Below are positions 26,039 through 32,000 of a stretch of DNA of 32,000 nucleotides, piece after piece. Every line of letters begins with the position of its first letter. Position 1 is the stretch's first letter. The notes under the pieces were generated by a model that was not told where the DNA came from, did not search any database, and worked only from the letters and a program-made list of their open reading frames with translations. The translations under genes were made by a program, and so were the position numbers. The DNA is from Edaphobacter aggregans (GTDB lineage: Bacteria > Acidobacteriota > Terriglobia > Terriglobales > Acidobacteriaceae), in NCBI RefSeq assembly GCF_003945235.1, contig NZ_RSDW01000001.1, positions 2,190,001 through 2,222,000 on the forward strand, read 5' to 3'.

Positions 26039-27001
26039 TTACCCTGCATCCCAACTCGCAACGTTCGCCCGTGCTGTCCGCGACGCGCCCCACAAGGCGA
26101 CCATCTCCACCTGAGCCCGAGCCACAGTCGCCACCCACACCTTGCTCGCCCCCGCACGACGCAGCACCCGAGCGCATTCCCGCGCCGTTGACCCCGTCGT
26201 ATAAATGTCATCCACCAGCAGCACCTCGCGGCCCGCTACCATCGCAGCCTTTTCGACAGCAAAGGCCCCGCGCAAATTTCTCCTCCGCCCCTGTGGCGTC
26301 AGCGAAAACTGGCTCTGCGTATCCCGCACCCTCCGAAGCACCCCATGCGATGCCCGCAGTCTCCACCCAGACCTGCTCTTCTTCAACTCCCGAAGAGCCT
26401 CCTCCGCCACCAACACCGACTGGTTATACCCTCGCTGCCTCTCCTTAGTCGGAAACAGCGGCACAGCCACCGCCATCAAATCCGACCCAGCCGCACCCTC
26501 CAGCGTCTCCACTGAGAGAGCCAGCATCTTCCCCAGTGGTCGAGCTACACCGCGAACCCGCTCATACTTCAGCAGATGCACCATCTCTCGCAGTTCATCC
26601 TCATACGCCGCATAAGCGACCGCCCGCTCAAACTCCGGAGGAGCCAGCCTGCAAGGCGCACAAAGCAAACCCTCAGCCGGAAACTGCCCGGCAAACCGAA
26701 CTCCCTCCATATCAAGCGCTTCCCCGCACAAACGGCACAATACAGCCGTCTGAGTCTGCACTCGGCCCACGCAATCATCACAAATTGAATAGGATCCAGC
26801 CCGAAGCAACGGCTTCCCACAAGCCTTGCAATCCGCTGGGAAAAAAGTAGTAGCTAGGTCATCCAATACAGCCCGAACCACCCTGCCCGGACTCTTCAGC
26901 ACGCGAGAGACCGCGCGCCACTCCTCCACCCCACCAGCAAAACTACCTGGTGGACCACCGGGCGGAGCCCCGGCAGTAACACCGAGCGCATTGTCATTCA
27001 A
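26039..27001 (-). CDS. comF: ComF family protein (phosphoribosyltransferase-fold, double zinc ribbon N-terminus)
   Basis: CKACG...CDDC...CRLCG...CAPC zinc-ribbon cysteines plus the PRTase motif REVLLVDDIYTTGSTARECARVL. It has an unusually long ~40-aa Gly/Pro-rich N-terminal lead. Confidence 0.85.
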   Translation of the reverse strand: MNDNALGVTAGAPPGGPPGSFAGGVEEWRAVSRVLKSPGRVVRAVLDDLATTFFPADCKACGKPLLRAGSYSICDDCVGRVQTQTAVLCRLCGEALDMEGVRFAGQFPAEGLLCAPCRLAPPEFERAVAYAAYEDELREMVHLLKYERVRGVARPLGKMLALSVETLEGAAGSDLMAVAVPLFPTKERQRGYNQSVLVAEEALRELKKSRSGWRLRASHGVLRRVRDTQSQFSLTPQGRRRNLRGAFAVEKAAMVAGREVLLVDDIYTTGSTARECARVLRRAGASKVWVATVARAQVEMVALWGASRTARANVASWDAG

Positions 27002-27131
27002 GCATTCGCTGAAGACTCACCTCACTCGTTAGCGGGAAAACCCGCGCCATTGCAGGCAGTATAAGCCCTTCCCTCTATCCCTCGTCAATAATTCTGCACC
27101 AAGGCAGATGCACCTGTGCTAAACCTAGGCA

Positions 27132-27725
27132 ATGTTCAAAGCCATCACATGGTGCGCCAAGTGCCTCTTCCTCTATCTAATCGTGGTCATCCTCTCCGTC
27201 CGGTTCGCCTGGATCTTCACCGTCCCGGTCTGGAGCATCGCCACCCGCTTCCACTGGACCACCCTCAAACAATTCCCCTTCCTCCTCAGCTACTTCCTCC
27301 CCATCTTTGCTGCGGTCGGCTTCCTCATCGGTCTCATCCCCTTCGGCAGACTCACCACGACCGCCGGCAAGCTCTTTTCCTCACCCTCACGAAACATTAC
27401 GACCGATCCAGCCAACTTCTTCGAGACCGTCTCTCCCGTCCTATGGGCATGGCTTCCGGTTAGCTGCGCCTTCCTCCTTCGCTTCATCACCTGGCAATCC
27501 ACCAACACCAGCGTCATGGACACGCACCGATCCGCCGGCCGCCTCGCTCGCTTCTTCGGAACCCTCAACGTCCAAACCCCCGTCCTTATGGACACCAAAT
27601 GGGCCACCGACCGCTTCATCTACACCGCCCCCATGCTCTTCCTCATGGCCTGCGCCCTGGCCGTCTACCTCCGTCAGCGCATCCCAGGCAAAACCCAATC
27701 ACAAGCCGAACCATCCGACCTATAA
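27132..27725 (+). CDS. hypothetical integral membrane protein
   Basis: 197-aa ORF with about 4 hydrophobic helices (CLFLYLIVVILSVRFAWIF, FLLSYFLPIFAAVGFLIGLI, VLWAWLPVSCAFLLRFI, APMLFLMACALAVYL). No recognisable family. Confidence 0.5.
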   Translation: MFKAITWCAKCLFLYLIVVILSVRFAWIFTVPVWSIATRFHWTTLKQFPFLLSYFLPIFAAVGFLIGLIPFGRLTTTAGKLFSSPSRNITTDPANFFETVSPVLWAWLPVSCAFLLRFITWQSTNTSVMDTHRSAGRLARFFGTLNVQTPVLMDTKWATDRFIYTAPMLFLMACALAVYLRQRIPGKTQSQAEPSDL

Positions 27726-27819
27726 AAACACCCCGAAGCTCAAAGCCCACAGCTCATAGCTGACTGTTACACTCCCATCCAGCCTTAAACCAAGCAAACA
27801 TCAGCGCGGGAGACACCCT

Positions 27820-30213
27820 ATGGCCACCATGACACGCCCCACCTTCCAACCCTTCGTCCCCGCCACCGAATCCCGCCCCGAATTCACCGTCCGAGCCCTC
27901 ATCCTCGGCGCCATCTTCGGCATTCTCTTCGGAGCCGTCACCGTCTACGTAGGCCTCCGCGCTGGCCTCACCGTAGCCGCCTCTATCCCCATCTCCGTCC
28001 TCTCCATCTCCATCCTCCGAGCCTTCGGCCGCGCCAGCATCCTCGAAAACAACATCGTCCAAACCACCGGAAACGCCGGCCAATCCATCGCCTCCGGAGT
28101 CATCTTCACCCTCCCCGCGCTCATCTTCCTCGGCTTCGACCTCGAATCCACCCGCATCTTCGCCCTGGCTCTCTTCGGCGGATGGCTCGGCGTCCTCTTC
28201 ATGATCCCCCTCCGCCGCCAGCTCATCGTCGAAGAGCACGGCACCCTCCCCTACCCCGAGGGCACCGCCTGCGCCGACGTCCTCATGGCCGGCGAACGCG
28301 GCGGCAGTTTCGCCTCCCGAGTCTTCCTCGGCCTCGGCCTCGGCGGCCTCTACACCCTCTTCCAGAACGAAAACCTCTTCCGACTCTTCCCCTCCACCCC
28401 CAACTTCTCTCCCGACCTCGGCCAGCAGCACCTTCTCCGAGGCGGAGCCATTCGTGCCGACGTCACCGCCGAATACCTAGGCGTCGGCTACATCATCGGC
28501 ATGCGCGTCGCAGCCGTCATGCTCGCCGGCGGAGTCTTCTCCTGGCTCGTCCTCATGCCGGCCATCTACTTCTTCGGCTCCCACCTCGCCACCCCGCTCT
28601 ACCCCGGCACCGTCCCCATCCACGACATGAGCCCCTCCCAGCTCTGGTCTACCTACGTCCGTCCCATGGGAGCAGGCGCCGTCGCAGCCTCCGGCCTCAT
28701 CACCCTCCTCCGCACCGCTCCCACAATCCTCGCCGCCCTATCTGAAGGCCTCAAATCCATTGGCAAAAACAAAGGCGAAACCCGCAACACATCCGCAGAG
28801 GTCCCCCGCACCGAGCACGACCTCCCCTGGTCCGTAGTCATCGGAGGCTCCGTCCTCCTCGTCGCTCTCCTCTGGGTCTTCCTCGTCTTCAAACCCGTTC
28901 CTGGAGCGCAGGTCACAGTCGGAGCCAACTTCGCCGCATCACTTCTCGTCGTCCTCTTCGGCTTCCTCTTCGTCACCGTTTCGGCCCGCATCGTGGGCAT
29001 CGTTGGCTCATCTGCCTCCCCCGTCTCCGGCATGACCATCGCCACCCTCATGGCCACTGCCGCCATCTTCCTCGTCAAAGGCTGGACCGCCCCCGCCTTC
29101 GGAGCCCTCGCCATAACCATCGGCGGCATCGTCTGCATCGCCGCATCCAACGCAGGCGACACCGCACAAGACCTCAAGACCGGCTACCTCATCGGAGCCA
29201 CTCCCTGGAAGCAGCAGCTCGCCATCATGATCGGCGTCATCATCTCGGTCTTCTCCATCGGCACCACCCTCAACCTAATGAACAAAGGGCTGGAATCCTT
29301 TCAGCTCCTGCCGCAGCCGATCGCCGTCTCTCTCTCTGCCCTCCCAGACGGAGTGCAGAATCAAGGCAACTTCACTCGCGACCGTATTTCGCTCACCGAC
29401 ACCTCATCATCCTCGTCCGCACGGAGCGAACTGGGCAATACCCGCAGCTACATCCTGCTCAACTCCATTGGCTCTAATACCCTTGCCGATGGCAAGTACC
29501 TCTACAACCCAGCCACCAGCCAGATCGAAGTCCAATGGATCCAGGGGATCGGCAGCGAAAAGGCCGCTGCCCCACAAGGCCGCCTTATGGCAACCGTCAT
29601 CAACGGCATCCTCAGCCGAAGACTCCCATGGTCTCTCGTCCTCCTCGGCGTAGCCCTCGTTATCATGGTCGAACTCCTCGGCATACGCTCCCTTACCCTC
29701 GCCGTGGGGGCCTACCTCTCTATCGGGACCACCCTCGCCATTTTTGCCGGCGGAGTCATGCGCTGGCTCGTCGATCGCGCCGCGCAAAAGCAGTTCGAAA
29801 AGGAAGCTGAGCGCGAACATCAGGAATCCCTTGATCTGTGGCATCGTGACCGCGACGCATGGCTCGCTTCGCACCCAGACTTCGATCCCACCAACCCAGC
29901 TCACGTAGATTCCGCAACTGGGCTGCCGAACAACATCACCCTCCGAAGCCCCGAGGTGGAATCCGAGATCAGTTCCGGTTCACTCTACGCCTCCGGCCTC
30001 ATCGCTGCCGGAGGCCTCGTTGGTCTGATGGGCGTCGCTATCAAAGCCGTGGAAGGCATCTCCGAACAGCGTGGAGGCCACTGGCAGTTTGTGCGATTCA
30101 GCGAACACAATCCACTCCACCACGACCTCGTCAGCGTCCTCATGTTCGCCATGCTAGCCTTTAGTCTCTACTACTTCGCAAGAAAACCATTGGACGAATC
30201 CAAAAAGGTCTAA
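27820..30213 (+). CDS. OPT-family oligopeptide transporter
   Basis: EFTVRALILGAIFGILFGAVTVYVGLRAGLTVAASIPISVLS...NNIVQTTGNAGQSIASGVIFTLPAL is typical of bacterial OPT (TIGR00733-like) transporters. At 797 aa it has two apparent soluble insertions. Confidence 0.88.
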   Translation: MATMTRPTFQPFVPATESRPEFTVRALILGAIFGILFGAVTVYVGLRAGLTVAASIPISVLSISILRAFGRASILENNIVQTTGNAGQSIASGVIFTLPALIFLGFDLESTRIFALALFGGWLGVLFMIPLRRQLIVEEHGTLPYPEGTACADVLMAGERGGSFASRVFLGLGLGGLYTLFQNENLFRLFPSTPNFSPDLGQQHLLRGGAIRADVTAEYLGVGYIIGMRVAAVMLAGGVFSWLVLMPAIYFFGSHLATPLYPGTVPIHDMSPSQLWSTYVRPMGAGAVAASGLITLLRTAPTILAALSEGLKSIGKNKGETRNTSAEVPRTEHDLPWSVVIGGSVLLVALLWVFLVFKPVPGAQVTVGANFAASLLVVLFGFLFVTVSARIVGIVGSSASPVSGMTIATLMATAAIFLVKGWTAPAFGALAITIGGIVCIAASNAGDTAQDLKTGYLIGATPWKQQLAIMIGVIISVFSIGTTLNLMNKGLESFQLLPQPIAVSLSALPDGVQNQGNFTRDRISLTDTSSSSSARSELGNTRSYILLNSIGSNTLADGKYLYNPATSQIEVQWIQGIGSEKAAAPQGRLMATVINGILSRRLPWSLVLLGVALVIMVELLGIRSLTLAVGAYLSIGTTLAIFAGGVMRWLVDRAAQKQFEKEAEREHQESLDLWHRDRDAWLASHPDFDPTNPAHVDSATGLPNNITLRSPEVESEISSGSLYASGLIAAGGLVGLMGVAIKAVEGISEQRGGHWQFVRFSEHNPLHHDLVSVLMFAMLAFSLYYFARKPLDESKKV

Positions 30214-30217
30214 CCCG

Positions 30218-30742
30218 ATGAAGCGTCTCCCGTTCGTACTCGTCCTTCTGCTTATTCTTCCCACACTAGCCCACGCCGACGACGCCTCCCGGCGCGCCAA
30301 AGTCGAAGAGATGATCAGTGCCACCAAAATGGATCAGATGATGAGTCAGATGCTGGATCAGATGTCCGAACGAATGAAGACTATGACCAGCCAGCAGACT
30401 GCCAATCTCAACATGTCCGTCGATCAGCGCAAAGTCTTCGACGACTATCAGGCCCATGTCAACCAGATCATGGCAGATTCCCTCTCATGGGAAAAGATGA
30501 AGCCGCTCATCATTACTGTCTACAGCGAAACCTACACCGACGAAGAACTCGACGGCATCCTCGCCTTCTACCGCACCCCCGCGGGTCAGGCTCTCATCGC
30601 CAAATCACCACAGGTCTTGGCAAAGACAATGGATCTCGTGCAAAAGCAAATGCAGGACATTCAACCCAAAATCCAGCAGGCCACGCAGGACTTCACCCAC
30701 CAGATGAAACAGCTAAACTCAACCGCACCTGCAAAACCCTAA
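30218..30742 (+). CDS. DUF2059-like periplasmic protein
   Basis: Signal peptide MKRLPFVLVLLLILPTLAHA. YTDEELDGILAFYRTPAGQALIAKSPQV matches the DUF2059 core motif. It begins 4 nt after the OPT stop. Confidence 0.7.
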   Translation: MKRLPFVLVLLLILPTLAHADDASRRAKVEEMISATKMDQMMSQMLDQMSERMKTMTSQQTANLNMSVDQRKVFDDYQAHVNQIMADSLSWEKMKPLIITVYSETYTDEELDGILAFYRTPAGQALIAKSPQVLAKTMDLVQKQMQDIQPKIQQATQDFTHQMKQLNSTAPAKP

Positions 30743-30772
30743 CCCACCTCTTCTCATTCCCACCGAAACCGG

Positions 30773-30805
30773 ATGCCCCACATCTCGATTCTGAGATGTG
30801 GGCAT
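30773..30805. terminator. stem-loop between convergent genes (possible bidirectional terminator, no U-tract)
   Basis: ATGCCCCACATCTC (30773-30786), loop gattct, then GAGATGTGGGCAT (30793-30805). This is a 13-bp stem with one bulged C. Confidence 0.4.
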
Positions 30806-30848
30806 TGCGCAAAAATGCGACCGCCTTTCTCCCTTGAGAGACGTGACC

Positions 30849-31253
30849 TCAGCTCAGCCTCTCCGTACTGATGGCCTCATCATGCCTCTCAATCAACGCT
30901 GATTCCTTAGGCTTCAATCCACGCAGCGTCTCCAGCAACTTCGCCGGATGGAACGACTCCAGATGAAAGTCTGCTCTCGGGCATCCATCGAATCCAGGAA
31001 AAGCAATGACGACAACTGGGATCTTCGGCTGTATCGCCTTCAGCTCCTCCGTCAGTTCCTCCGCAGAGATATCGTCGATCCCCCCATCCAGCACCACCCC
31101 ATCCACCGCCGGAAAGCGTTTGAATACCTCCAACGCCTCCCTGCCGCTATACGCCGTAAGCACATTGAACTTAGCGGTCTCGATCACCAGCTTTCGCGTC
31201 GAGATGCTCCCAGGAAACTCGCGGTCGATCACAAGAAAGCAAGGTCTGATCAT
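30849..31253 (-). CDS. stand-alone degenerate receiver (pseudo-receiver) domain protein
   Basis: 134 aa with CheY-like topology (CFLVIDRE...VDGVVLDGGIDDISAEEL...IPVVVIAFPG...HPAKLLETL). The acidic pair is D-R, the conserved T/S position is I/A, and the conserved K is H. No SD upstream. Confidence 0.65.
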   Translation of the reverse strand: MIRPCFLVIDREFPGSISTRKLVIETAKFNVLTAYSGREALEVFKRFPAVDGVVLDGGIDDISAEELTEELKAIQPKIPVVVIAFPGFDGCPRADFHLESFHPAKLLETLRGLKPKESALIERHDEAISTERLS

Positions 31254-31401
31254 GCCGAAGATTATCTATTACCACTCTGACGTCTGCCTAATCAGCGAAA
31301 AAACCTGTCAAGCCCCCAAACAGCAAATCCCCGCGCCAATCAAGCCGATTCGCGTGGCGTAGTAATTCCACTCGATCCGCTACACTGAATACAGAGATAG
31401 A

Positions 31402-31438
31402 AAAGCCCCGGTCAAACCACCGGGGCTTTCCTTTTTTT
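31402..31438. terminator. strong intrinsic terminator hairpin, bidirectional in form
   Basis: AAAGCCCCGG (31402-31411), loop tcaaacca, CCGGGGCTTT (31420-31429), then cc + T7 on the + strand. On the - strand the hairpin is followed by TTTTCT. It probably terminates the histidine-kinase transcript. Confidence 0.75.
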
Positions 31439-31585
31439 CAGCCAATCAACACCTAAGCCATTTGAATGGAATACTTTGCAGTATAGACACCCCTAAAATC
31501 AATACTTTACGAGGAGGTCCGAACCTAAGCCAAATGATTCTAATACTTTAGAACCTAAGGCATGGGTAGGGGTACAACCGAGAGA

Positions 31586-32000
31586 TCACCGCGAACTCTG
31601 AGCCAGCGGAAGGGCAAACGAGAACACCGACCCCTGCCCCGCCTGGCTGGTCACCTCAATCGACCCGCCATGCGCCTCCACAATCGCCTTGGCGATCGCC
31701 AGGCCCATCCCGGTGCCCTGAACCCGATACCGCTGCCCTTGGCCGCGGTAAAACTTGTCGAAGATCATCATCCTCTCAAAATCATCGACACCCGCGCCGC
31801 GATCCGCAACGCTGGTCACTAGCCGACCCTTCGCCACTTCGGCACTAATAAAAATTGGAGCCCCCTCAACCGAGTACTTCGCAGCATTCTCCAACAGATG
31901 CTGCAACACCTTCGCGATGCGCTCCAGATCCATCTCCACCCTGGGCAGCGAGTCTGGCAGCCGAACGTCAACCGGATGCGTCCGCAGCGGCACCTGCACC
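31586..32000 (-). CDS. sensor histidine kinase, C-terminal HATPase_c fragment (continues beyond window end)
   Basis: N box HLLENAAKYS, G1 DRGAGV, F box FDKFYRG, G2 GTGMGLAIAKAIVEAHGGSI. The ORF is open at the window edge. Confidence 0.88.
   Translation of the reverse strand, partial: VQVPLRTHPVDVRLPDSLPRVEMDLERIAKVLQHLLENAAKYSVEGAPIFISAEVAKGRLVTSVADRGAGVDDFERMMIFDKFYRGQGQRYRVQGTGMGLAIAKAIVEAHGGSIEVTSQAGQGSVFSFALPLAQSSR

Noticed and set aside
27754-28431. 225-aa minus-strand ORF (Gly/Glu/Asp-rich) and similar antisense ORFs at 11285..11947, 12362..12934, 16510..17010 and 19126..19818
   Set aside because: All are antisense to genes with strong family signatures. They have GC-skewed low-complexity translations and lack RBSs.
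31511-31551. GAGGAGG followed by a 5-codon mini-ORF (ATG ATT CTA ATA CTT TAG, MILIL) suggestive of a leader peptide
   Set aside because: The SD-to-ATG spacing is ~16 nt, which is too long. There is no downstream + strand gene to regulate, because the next gene is convergent. It is more likely a chance feature of the AT-rich repeat spacer.
1-32000. Scan for CRISPR arrays, tRNA/rRNA genes, IS elements, terminal inverted repeats and integrase/att sites
   Set aside because: I saw no regularly spaced direct repeats, cloverleaf-compatible segments, transposase- or integrase-like ORFs, or flanking direct repeats. The only repeats are intragenic domain duplications and the short motifs at 31.45-31.56 kb.

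Overview
High-GC (~60%) bacterial chromosomal segment. The gene content points to Acidobacteriota (Terriglobia-type): an orphan ADOP-type duplicated FtsX permease, a PadR unit, signal-peptide TonB_C proteins and an OPT transporter. About 31 protein-coding genes are supportable. Housekeeping genes are sucD/sucC, trpD, tdk, sodC and comF. These are interleaved with envelope, stress and carbohydrate-related accessory genes. I found no rRNA, tRNA, CRISPR array, transposase or integrase, and nothing resembling a classical defence island. The most interesting locus is a tightly packed four-gene module at 17.1-22.2 kb. It encodes an ECF sigma factor, a zf-HC2 anti-sigma factor, a B-box zinc-finger polytopic membrane protein and a membrane-anchored DUF4097 (Toastrack, LiaG-like) protein with a degenerate DG-repeat tail. 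A candidate ECF-type promoter precedes it, placed so that the sigma mRNA could be leaderless. Secondary points of interest are listed below.
- A start/stop-overlapping pair of a DPPR-synthase-like UbiA prenyltransferase and a large GT-C-like membrane protein.
- Tandemly duplicated secreted proteins, each made of two TonB C-terminal domains.
- A secreted alginate-lyase-like protein with two tandem ~149-aa C-terminal repeats.
- A PadR/membrane-protein pair with palindromes in its divergent control region.
- A degenerate pseudo-receiver downstream of a histidine kinase, separated from it by an AT-rich repeat-bearing spacer.
All functional calls rest on motif recognition by eye. No database search was possible.
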